Below are positions 54,469 to 63,111 of a stretch of 64,000 nucleotides of DNA, piece by piece. The DNA is from an uncultured virus (IMG/VR IMGVR_UViG_3300046336_000146) (Duplodnaviria > Heunggongvirae > Uroviricota > Caudoviricetes), in the IMG/VR virus record IMGVR_UViG_3300046336_000146; one strand, 5' to 3'. A program made the translations under genes and the position numbers. Numbering within the stretch: the stretch's first letter is position 1; every line of letters begins with the position of its first letter. The notes beneath the pieces were generated by a model that was not told the origin of the DNA, did no database searches, and was given only the letters and a program-made list of their open reading frames with translations.

Positions 54469-54903
54469 ATGACAAGAGTCAGTTCAGGAATATCAGGTAA
54501 GCGTTTGAGTGATGTCCACCTAAGAAAAGAAAGAATAGAGATACTTAGAATACCAAACGCTGTAAAAAATAACAAGGTTGTATTAAAAGATATTCCAAAT
54601 GAGTTTAAATTAGGTCAGAATCACGTGCGTTTTTATTATTCTCGTCTTAAATATATCCACCGTAGATATAATGAACTAACAGATGAATGTATTAAAAGAG
54701 GATTTAATGTAACAGATTACTCAGACGCATTTAAAGATCTTCCTGAGCATCTTTATAATGATTGGGATGACAATATACCAAAAGTAAAAGAAATTGTTTC
54801 AGAACGCATTACAGAGCGTCTGTTAGGAATGAAACCAAAAGATTTAAAGTACTACGGTAAACAAAAAACAGCAGAAGAATTAATTGAAATATTAAATATT
54901 TAG
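54469..54903 (+). CDS. denV: Pyrimidine-dimer DNA glycosylase / T4 endonuclease V
   Basis: MTRV..LSDVHL..E..EILRI..FKLGQNHVRFYY..L..ECIKRGFN. Confidence 0.85.
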   Translation: MTRVSSGISGKRLSDVHLRKERIEILRIPNAVKNNKVVLKDIPNEFKLGQNHVRFYYSRLKYIHRRYNELTDECIKRGFNVTDYSDAFKDLPEHLYNDWDDNIPKVKEIVSERITERLLGMKPKDLKYYGKQKTAEELIEILNI

Positions 54904-54906
54904 TTT

Positions 54907-57681
54907 ATGGATAAAATAATAGAGCTTAAACAAAAATATTTATATACAGAAGCAACAGCAGAAGAAATTTTAAGAGAGATTTTTGAAATATACGCACCCA
55001 GCGAACGTTTCCTCAACAACTTTGATCTAGAAATAAAGTATAAAGGTTACGGAATACATAACCTTTATCAAAGAGGGATTTATATTTCCGAAGGAGAGTA
55101 CTCTGACTGTTTAGAAGAAGCTTATGAAATAACTAAAAAATTAGGGTAGTTATGAAAAAATACAGATACAATATTTCAACAAATACAATTTGGACTTCAT
55201 TCGATTACGGAGAAGTTGAAGCAGAAAATTTGGAAGAAGCAAGAGAAAAAGCAATCGAGAAACTAAAATACGATGTTAAAAAATGCAATGACGCTTTTAA
55301 GTATTGCGACATCACTCAGGGCTTCGAAATAGAAATGGACTACAAACAAGTAGAGGTTGAATTAATAAAAGAATAAAAACTTATGAAAAAAGTATTAATC
55401 ATTTTATGTGTGTTATTATTTATATCTTGTGATAAGTACAGAAAAGATGTAATTGTAGGTAAGTATATTCAAGGAGATACTTACTACTCTTTAAGAATTT
55501 TTGAAAAGTTTACATTTTTTAATAACGGCGCGATAAAAATTTACACACTCGAAGGAGAACAGATTACTGAAAAGAATATTGACAGTATAAATGTAGAAGC
55601 AGATAATTTTATAAAACTATTAAATAAAAAAGTAAATTAAACAACTATGAAATATCACGTGCTATTAGGAGATTTTGGTTTTGTAGGTGAAGATGCTTAC
55701 ATTTATTTAATAGACGAAATTGCGGAAGTAGAAGAAAATGAGTTAGATAAATTCTGCGAAGATTCTTTAGATATATATGAAGGATATTTAATTCCTGAGA
55801 AGTTTAATGGAAAAATTTTAATGTAACAAACAAAATGGATAAACAATTATTACTTGAGAAAGTAAAAGAAAAGAAGTATTCACACGAACAGTTATTAGGT
55901 TGGGTGGGTGCCCTTCCAGGGAGTCTTAATTTCAGGAAACCTTCTGTTCACAAAGTAGGAGATGTTTTTATGCATAGTGTCTTTAAACATCCCTATATTT
56001 TATTAAAAAAAGGTAAAGAGGGTTGGATTTGTGGATTGTTTACGTCAGAAGAAAATTGTCCTGAAATATTAGAAGCTTGTCAGTCTAGATTTTTTAATGG
56101 TAATTATATAACAAAAGCTTTATTCAGTACCTCAGAAATAACAGGCACTTTTCTAGGAGTATATGACAACAACACGCACTTAAGAGAGTGTTACAAAAAT
56201 ATTAAAACCGCATTAAATTTAAAATGATAAAAATAGTCAACTCAAATACCAAAGAATTTTTTAATAAATCTTCAATAAGAGAAGTTGTAAGAGAATGGTT
56301 CGAAGAAATTAGAGCCAAGAATAAAAGTATTACCAAACAAGATGTGGAAGAAAACATAGAACTTCTTCAACAATGCTACATGAAATCATTACACAGATTT
56401 GTGAATGATAGTAGAATTATGTATACCTCTTCTGTTTATTACAAAAAGTTTTTAAACGGAGAAAGGGATAAAGAGTATATTGACATACTTAAGGCCAATG
56501 TTAAAAGATTATTTTTAGAGACTTGTTTAGATAAAAATTTCAGATTAGACTTAAGATATGCTAATTACTTATGCCTAGAGACTGTTGAAGGCCTGTTTTA
56601 CGAAGGGGAAGTGTACAAACATCTTAACAACGTACATTTTTTCCTAAACAGAAGTTTGTATGGGACTAGAGAAGAGGATGTGGAATTACATTTAGTTCCA
56701 GACCAAGGTAAAAATCATTATACAATTAGCGCAGAATTAAAACACAAATTTAAAAAAGTTTAAAAAGATTTAAAAAATGAAATTATTTAATATAGAATTA
56801 AAGTTAACAGAGCAAGAGGAAAAGTTAGAAGGTATTGTAGTTAAACTTTTAAATGCTTCGGCCACCACAAAAAATTTAAAAGTACTCTCAACAGATACAA
56901 TTTGTCTACTAAAGAATGAGGAAAAACATTTCACAGTTCTAGTGGATAGTGTTGGGATTGCAATACAAAATACTACCTACAGTACAAGATACAGACTTAG
57001 AGATAAATTTCTTTCTCATTTGAAGGATATGATAATAGAGAAGGTAAATGAAGAAACAGATAAGTATATAGCTGAGATATATAGTAAAGAAACAAACTTA
57101 CTAGACAACATAAACAAAATTTTATAAATTTAAATTACCATGGGTAGAGAAGTAGCAGTAGTAACAGGGTACATAATGTACAACGATTTACTAGAGGACG
57201 CAATAGGAGTAAACGATAGCTTTAATTCTAAAATTGATTTAGCTATTGAATTAGCTGAAAAGTTTGTTGAAAAATATCCCGAAGATTATAACTGGGAAGA
57301 ATCAGAACTAGATTTTGAAGAGACAGTAGAAGAATTTTTAAAACCTTATCTGTTATGCTTTTAAAAGAGACGACTAAACTAGCTTTAAAATTTGTAGAAA
57401 ATAATTTTGACAATATTAATTTAGAAGCAGTAGGGAGTATAACTTCTAAAGAGCAAATTTTAAAAGAAATAAGGGAAGACTACAGCACCGCCTGTTGGAT
57501 CTTAACAGAAGTTATGAGTTGGGGTACAAAAGACGGGAAAGATTATATTGTTGAGTATATAGTTGATAATGAAGAAGATATTTTTGTTATAAAACTTGAT
57601 GATAAGTATTTTAAAATAAATTATGAAACTCACTGTTTAGATGAGTGTGAACCAAAATATAAAACAATAGTTTATTTTTAG
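54907..57681 (+). other. Cluster of small hypothetical ORFs, including a lipoprotein-like ORF at 55383-55640
   Basis: Co-directional ORFs; MKKVLIILCVLLFISC lipobox-like signal. Confidence 0.55.
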
Positions 57682-57814
57682 TTATGAGTAAAGAAACAAT
57701 AAAAAAATGGTGGGACAGTTTATATCCTTCAACACAAATAATTTTGATGGACAGGCACCAAACAGATAATATAGAGACAATCTACAACAAAGAGTTTAAA
57801 TTCAAAAAATAAAA

Positions 57815-58099
57815 ATGTATAAGCTACCAGTTGATTACAGAAAGTTGCATTACACTGAAAGAAAAAATGTCAGATTACAATACATAGAAGAACAAAAAGG
57901 ATTGTGTTATTATTGTGGGTGTAATCTAAAAGAGGAAGCACCAAAACATATTAAGGATAAAAAAATTAATTGGAAGTTATTTCCTGAAAACTTTTTACAG
58001 TATCCAATTCATTTACAGCATAACCATAATACTGGAATGACTGAAGGCGCAGTTCACAACTATTGTAATGCGGTTATGTGGCAATACGATGGTCGTTAG
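57815..58099 (+). CDS. HNH / endonuclease VII-like protein; terminal cassette remnant
   Basis: CYYC..HLQHNH..GAVHNYCN; stop codon abuts the first attC-like site. Confidence 0.6.
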   Translation: MYKLPVDYRKLHYTERKNVRLQYIEEQKGLCYYCGCNLKEEAPKHIKDKKINWKLFPENFLQYPIHLQHNHNTGMTEGAVHNYCNAVMWQYDGR

Positions 58100-58108
58100 T
58101 CTTGCTAC

Positions 58109-58236
58109 TAACGTTCCTCTAGTGCAGCTCGCTAGGGAGAAGCAAGCCGTTTGACTTCGGATACAAAACAATTATAACAAGTACAAACTGATTTATAAAT
58201 TGAGCCAAATCTAGCAATAGCATATATGCGCTGTTA
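58109..58236 (-). repeat. attC-like site A (array 2, degenerate stem)
   Basis: Plus strand TAACgtt...gctag...ctagc...ctGTTA, 128 bp. Confidence 0.7.
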
Positions 58237-58270
58237 GGGCAAGTACGGAATTTTAATAACTGAATATCTT

Positions 58271-58655
58271 ATGGAAAGAACTGAAGTCTTAGAAAAATTA
58301 AAAGAAGAATATAGAAAATTATCAAAAATATCAGACCAACAGTTTGAGGAAAGGTTCTCAACTTCTAAAAATGAACAAAGATGGTATGATGATTTATATA
58401 AAGACTACCATACTATAAAAATAAGGATAGATTTGTTATTAGAATTATTAACATAATAATTGAGATATGAGTAATACAATTAAAACACAAAATTATGGGA
58501 CTATTGAAATAATCACGATAGACCCGCACACAGGAGAAGGGACTAATGATTTAAGATTAGAAATTGATTCAAAATACTGTTCTGCTTGGATTCATTTGCA
58601 AGAAGATGAAGTTATGAAATTACGAGATGAGCTTAACGAATGGCTCGACTTATGA
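58271..58655 (+). other. Two-gene cassette (58271-58456, 58467-58655)
   Basis: Bounded by gttagggcaagtac / gtatttgccctaac. Confidence 0.7.
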
Positions 58656-58677
58656 AAAATAATAGTAGTATTTGCCC

Positions 58678-58805
58678 TAACGCCCTATGGCTATAAGCAG
58701 TTGCCAATAAAACTGCCTAAACTTCAAATTAATAAAGAATGAAAACAAGTACAAAACGGTCTTTAAATTTAAGACAAAAGTGGCAATTGCTTATAACCAC
58801 TGTTA
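58678..58805 (-). repeat. attC-like site B
   Basis: TAAC..ggctataagcagttgcca...tggcaattgcttataacc..GTTA, 128 bp. Confidence 0.85.
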
Positions 58806-59122
58806 TGAGTAGTGCGGTGTTGTTAAAAGCAAATCACATTTTATTTTGGTGGTATTATAAACGAGTTCCTAAATTCTTTCATAAATGGACTATTTTAAAA
58901 AGTATCACACTACTTAAACAAAATTACGAACACGCAGAATTTAGGTATGAAGGATTAAATGAAGTTGTTAGAAACGCTTCAAAAAGAGAAAGAGAAATGA
59001 CTACTGAAATTTCTAATTTAAGACTAAAATTAATGGGAGTTTCGCAAGATGTTATTGACCCTTTAAATGAAATTTTTGGAACGAATTTAAAAGGAAAATC
59101 GACTTTTGAACGAGATAATTAG
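58739..59122 (+). CDS. Cassette hypothetical protein starting inside site B
   Basis: 127 aa; cassette ends gttatgagtagtgc / gcattactcataac. Confidence 0.55.
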   Translation: MKTSTKRSLNLRQKWQLLITTVMSSAVLLKANHILFWWYYKRVPKFFHKWTILKSITLLKQNYEHAEFRYEGLNEVVRNASKREREMTTEISNLRLKLMGVSQDVIDPLNEIFGTNLKGKSTFERDN

Positions 59123-59131
59123 CATTACTCA

Positions 59132-59260
59132 TAACGTTAAGGCATATACGCAGTTACGGATTAAGTAAATCCTAATCATCTAATTAAACAACAATAAAAC
59201 CAAGTACACACAAATATTATAAATCAAGACTATTGCCGTAATTGCTTATATGCAGTGTTA
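59132..59260 (-). repeat. attC-like site C
   Basis: TAAC..gcatatacgcagttacgg...ccgtaattgcttatatgc..GTTA, 129 bp. Confidence 0.85.
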
Positions 59261-59284
59261 GCAGTAGTTATTTTAAACACAATT

Positions 59285-59560
59285 ATGAAAAGAACACAAG
59301 TAAAAAAAGCAACCGTACACGTATTTGATATGGAGGAACTAGCGTGTAAAATAATGGGAATTGATTATGATGAAATTAATGCAGATACAGAAGTCATAGA
59401 AGAAGAATTATATAATCAATTTGAAATAGATTTAGAGAATTTTAGTGAAATAGTAAACAGATTACTTCCGCTTATTGATATTGGAGAAAGTCCGTTAACA
59501 AAACAGAAATTTAAAGGTTTTTCAACTGGTCAAATGTGGTTAGCGAAGATTCCTGTATAA
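59285..59560 (+). CDS. Cassette hypothetical protein (ATG at 59285)
   Basis: Cassette ends gttagcagtagttat / ataattactgctaac. Confidence 0.65.
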   Translation: MKRTQVKKATVHVFDMEELACKIMGIDYDEINADTEVIEEELYNQFEIDLENFSEIVNRLLPLIDIGESPLTKQKFKGFSTGQMWLAKIPV

Positions 59561-59567
59561 TTACTGC

Positions 59568-59693
59568 TAACGTTGAGCATAACTCTAGTTACGGACTAAA
59601 CAAGCCGAAACATTCAGATTAAAAACCGTATCACTGATACAAAAACATTTATAAATTCAAGACCGAAACCGTAATTAGTGTTATGCATTGTTA
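59568..59693 (-). repeat. attC-like site D
   Basis: TAAC..gcataactctagttacgg...ccgtaattagtgttatgc..GTTA, 126 bp. Confidence 0.85.
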
Positions 59694-59721
59694 GGGTTAG
59701 GTTTTTTTTAAACTCAAGATT

Positions 59722-60099
59722 ATGAAAGGTTCAGAAAAAGCACATTTATTTAAAACAGGACAATATGGAAGATTGTATATTACAAGTAGTTCCCACGCAA
59801 GAGGAAACACATTAAGAATACAAGTGCTTCCCGAAGGAGAAATAGCAATTCCAAATGGAAGTGGAAATACTTGCTTAAACAAAGATGCAGTAATTGTTTA
59901 TGATGTTGTATCAGGACAAAGAGGATGGACAGAAGCTTACGGATGGTTGCACGAAGGAAAATGGCAAGATGATTTTAGAAAACTTGTTATAGATGCTGAA
60001 AAAAAGATTGAATATTTAAGAAAACAATCAGAAAAATCGAAAGTAGAAAAACAAAAACAGGAAGAAGAAAAATTGTCTAAATTATTAAGCGACTATTAG
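59722..60099 (+). CDS. Cassette hypothetical protein
   Basis: 125 aa; cassette ends gttagggttaggttt / aaacttaaccctaac. Confidence 0.65.
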   Translation: MKGSEKAHLFKTGQYGRLYITSSSHARGNTLRIQVLPEGEIAIPNGSGNTCLNKDAVIVYDVVSGQRGWTEAYGWLHEGKWQDDFRKLVIDAEKKIEYLRKQSEKSKVEKQKQEEEKLSKLLSDY

Positions 60100-60127
60100 T
60101 ATGCGGTATGTTTGGCAAACTTAACCC

Positions 60128-60217
60128 TAACGTTTTGCGTATATACGAGGTACGCCAAACGATAAATTTCAAATTATAAACAAATGCTTCTAGGCGTATC
60201 TTGTATATACGCTGTTA
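60128..60217 (-). repeat. attC-like site E
   Basis: TAAC..gcgtatatacgaggtacgcc...ggcgtatcttgtatatacgc.GTTA, 90 bp. Confidence 0.85.
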
Positions 60218-60312
60218 GCAGTAGTACGGTTTTAAACCACAAATGCTCAATCGGAGAACTGAACCTTTTTCTTTTCTTTTTTGAGCGATGGCAAAAATAT
60301 TAAAATAAAATT

Positions 60313-61086
60313 ATGACAATAGATTTAAGATACGGTGATACAATAGAACAAATGAAATTGATACCTGATAAAAGTATTGATGCTATTATTTGTGATTTAC
60401 CTTATGGTACAACTGCTTGTAAATGGGACACGATAATACCATTTACTAACCTTTGGGAACAATACGAAAGAATAATTAAAGATAACGGAGCAATAGTATT
60501 AACCGCTTCACAACCATTTACAAGTGCTTTGGTTATGAGCAACCCTAAATTATTTAAGTATGAATGGATATGGGAGAAAAATGTTGCAAGTAATTTTATG
60601 CAGTATAAATTTATGGTTGCAAAAAAACACGAAAACGTATTGATATTTGCAAAAGGTAAAACAAAATATAATCCAATTATGGAAGATAAATCAGAACTAT
60701 CTATACAGCGAATGAAATATAAGTTTAAAGATAGAAAGCAATCAGAACACTATAAAACGGATATTTCAGAAGACAGGTCAGATAGGCAAGAAAAAATGTA
60801 CCCAACAAGTGTAAAGAAGTTTAACAGAGAAGTTGGATTACATCCCACGCAAAAGCCAATATCAATGATGGAATATTTTGTGTTGACTTATACTGATGAA
60901 AACGATACAATACTTGACAATACTTTTGGAAGTTGTACTACGGGAATAGCTTGTATAAATACTAATAGGAACTTTATCGGTATTGAGAATAATATGGATT
61001 ATTTTAATATTTCTTTAAAGAGGGTGGAAGAAAAAAGAAAAGAAAAAGAATTTAACGTAGTAACTTCATTCGGAGATGGAATGTAG
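60313..61086 (+). CDS. DNA N6-adenine/N4-cytosine methyltransferase (beta class), cassette-borne
   Basis: DLPYG, HPTQKP, LDNTFGSCTTG; cassette ends gttagcagtagtac / gtattactgctaac. Confidence 0.9.
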   Translation: MTIDLRYGDTIEQMKLIPDKSIDAIICDLPYGTTACKWDTIIPFTNLWEQYERIIKDNGAIVLTASQPFTSALVMSNPKLFKYEWIWEKNVASNFMQYKFMVAKKHENVLIFAKGKTKYNPIMEDKSELSIQRMKYKFKDRKQSEHYKTDISEDRSDRQEKMYPTSVKKFNREVGLHPTQKPISMMEYFVLTYTDENDTILDNTFGSCTTGIACINTNRNFIGIENNMDYFNISLKRVEEKRKEKEFNVVTSFGDGM

Positions 61087-61149
61087 TATTACTGCTAACT
61101 ACTATATGTATTACATGCATTAAAACCTTAATAAAATAAATACTTTACA
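61086..61149 (-). other. attI-like site
   Basis: Last cassette end (TAAC at 61096-61099) is not followed by a hairpin but by the 50-bp leader of the integrase. Confidence 0.55.
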
Positions 61150-61977
61150 ATGAAAACTTCTGAACACAAGGGTAACTTCATTCAGGAAATGAAAAGAAGA
61201 GGTTACAGAGAAAATAGTATAAAAAACTATAGTAGTTGCATAGATGTATTTTTATCAACTATTAAAAAAGATCATCCTAAAAATATCAATGAACAAGATA
61301 TAAAACATTTTTTAGGTAATTGTATAAGAGCTAATACTCAGAGAAATTATCAATCGGCTATAAAACTGTTTTACGAAATATGTTTTAATCAAAAACAAAA
61401 GTTTAAGAATATCCCATATACAAAAAAAGAGAAAAAACTTCCTATTATTTTATCAGTGGACGAAATTCAAAAAATGTTTGATGTTTGTGAGAATAAAAAG
61501 CATAAATTAATTTTGGCTCTGTTGTACTCTTGTTCTTTAAGAGTTTCAGAAGTTATAGATTTAAAGTGGGAAAATATTGATAGGAGTAGAAGAGTGATTT
61601 ATATTTTAGATGCTAAGGGAGGTAAAAATAGACAAGTTGGATTGAACGATACGCTGATAAAGTTAATGGAAGAGTATTACAGAGCCTATAAAACTAGAAT
61701 TTTTATTTTTGGAGGGCAATTTTCTGAACAATATTCGTCAAGAAGTGTGTTGCAAGTGGTAAAGCAACTTTCAATAAAAGCGGGGATTGACAAAAGAACC
61801 TATACTCACTTAATAAGACACTGTTCTGCAAGTCATATGGTAGAGAATGGAATCGATATCAATTTAATCCAACGGATTTTGGGGCATCAAAATGTTAAAA
61901 CTACGTTAATTTACACTCATATTTCACACAATATAATAAGTAAAGTACAGTCACCTTTAGAAAAGATATCAATTTAA
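61150..61977 (+). CDS. Tyrosine recombinase, integron-integrase-like
   Basis: N-terminal SAM-like domain (RRGYRENSIKNY); catalytic R (LRVSE), K (KGGK), HLIRH, LGH and Y (TLIY). Confidence 0.9.
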   Translation: MKTSEHKGNFIQEMKRRGYRENSIKNYSSCIDVFLSTIKKDHPKNINEQDIKHFLGNCIRANTQRNYQSAIKLFYEICFNQKQKFKNIPYTKKEKKLPIILSVDEIQKMFDVCENKKHKLILALLYSCSLRVSEVIDLKWENIDRSRRVIYILDAKGGKNRQVGLNDTLIKLMEEYYRAYKTRIFIFGGQFSEQYSSRSVLQVVKQLSIKAGIDKRTYTHLIRHCSASHMVENGIDINLIQRILGHQNVKTTLIYTHISHNIISKVQSPLEKISI

Positions 61978-61995
61978 TTTTTTTTACAGAAACCT

Positions 61996-62026
61996 TTGCC
62001 TATTTAAAATTAATATTATACATTTG
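61996..62026 (+). promoter_or_regulatory. Promoter TTGCC-N18-TACATTTG
   Basis: Consensus match. Confidence 0.65.
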
Positions 62027-62040
62027 TAAAAAAATAAATC

Positions 62041-62178
62041 ATGAAAGCATATAAGTTAATAAGAAAATTAAAAGATGGTACATTGTCCCCTCTGTTTATA
62101 AACAAGAAAAGTAGAATACTTTTTGATGTTTGGCTAGAGGCCGAGGCTCATCCAACACAAGGATTGGAAAAGATATGA
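62041..62178 (+). CDS. 45-aa ORF, possibly a truncated gene
   Basis: MKAYKLIRKLKDGTLSPLFINKK..HPTQG then an early stop; good promoter and leader upstream. Confidence 0.35.
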   Translation: MKAYKLIRKLKDGTLSPLFINKKSRILFDVWLEAEAHPTQGLEKI

Positions 62179-62406
62179 GAATAAGAGTAAAATCAAAAGA
62201 CAGTATTTTTTATTTATACCTTTCTAGTTTCGATGCAAAAGATTTAAAAATAGGAGATAGCATAAAATAAACAATAAAATGCGCGTAATATACATAGAAG
62301 AAACAGTAAGACTTTTAAGTGAGCAAGGGGCTCAAGTAAAAATAAAGTCGGGGAGTAGTCAAGCAAACAGAAGAAGGGATTAATTATTTAAAGATAGAAG
62401 AATAAT

Positions 62407-62437
62407 TTGCACATATAATATATTAGTTGTATATTTG
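62407..62437 (+). promoter_or_regulatory. Promoter TTGCA-N18-TATATTTG driving the DGR locus
   Basis: Consensus match. Confidence 0.7.
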
Positions 62438-62463
62438 TCAAAGAAAATTAAAATAATAAACAT

Positions 62464-62925
62464 ATGAAAACAATAATTCAAATTAACGGTAAAGATGTAG
62501 AAATTACACTTACTAAAGAACAAGTAGTGCAGATAAACAAACAAAAAGAATTAGATGCTTCAACTTGCACGTTACAAGACTGTATTGATTACTTAGGAGA
62601 AAATGACCAAGAAGTTATTAATTTAAGACAATTAGAAAAAGTAAGTATCTCTGATTATGTTTTAGCTAATCAACAAGCTGTTTGTATCATTAAAGCATTA
62701 AATGGGGATTGGACTCCTAATTGGAACAACTCAAATGAATATAAATATTTTATTTGGTGGAATATGCAAAACAAAGATTTCTCGTACTACGACTTCGACC
62801 ACCATTGGTTTTCTTGCTCGCTTGTTTCCGCACGCCTCTGTCTAAAAAACTCAAGATTATGCCAAGACATTGGTAAAAATAAAGAATTTGTGAAAATTTT
62901 CACAAAATTTATGCTTATAGGTTAA
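62464..62925 (+). CDS. DGR target protein
   Basis: 153 aa containing the variable repeat (SYYDFDHHWFSCSLVSARLC). Confidence 0.85.
   Translation: MKTIIQINGKDVEITLTKEQVVQINKQKELDASTCTLQDCIDYLGENDQEVINLRQLEKVSISDYVLANQQAVCIIKALNGDWTPNWNNSNEYKYFIWWNMQNKDFSYYDFDHHWFSCSLVSARLCLKNSRLCQDIGKNKEFVKIFTKFMLIG
62781..62841 (+). repeat. DGR variable repeat (VR)
   Basis: Aligns to the TR with 15 A-to-N changes, 1 G-to-C change and a 3-nt insertion. Confidence 0.9.
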
Positions 62926-62944
62926 TATGTTGAATGTTTTACCC

Positions 62945-63002
62945 CTCGTACAACAACTACAACAATTGGAATTCTAACTCGAATATTTCCACACACCAGT
63001 GT
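62945..63002 (+). repeat. DGR template repeat (TR)
   Basis: ctcgtacaacaactacaacaattggaattctaactcgaatatttccacacaccagtgt, AAC/AAT-rich and intergenic. Confidence 0.9.
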
Positions 63003-63111
63003 TCAACAAAATTAAAAAGTATTAACCTTACCAACAGGGTAAAAAACAAATAAAAGCCTCAAAAGGTTGTTAGTAAATAAAATGAAAGCAACCTTCTTTG
63101 AACAGAGAAAG

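Noticed and set aside
58109..60217. Hairpins as simple terminators or REP/MITE elements
   Set aside because: No U-tails or target duplications; fixed AAC/GTT ends, cassette-specific end complementarity and an adjacent recombinase fit recombination sites better
61150..61977. Integrase as an ordinary prophage integrase marking a prophage boundary
   Set aside because: Phage-type genes continue on both sides, with no host genes or tRNA attachment site; it abuts the cassette array
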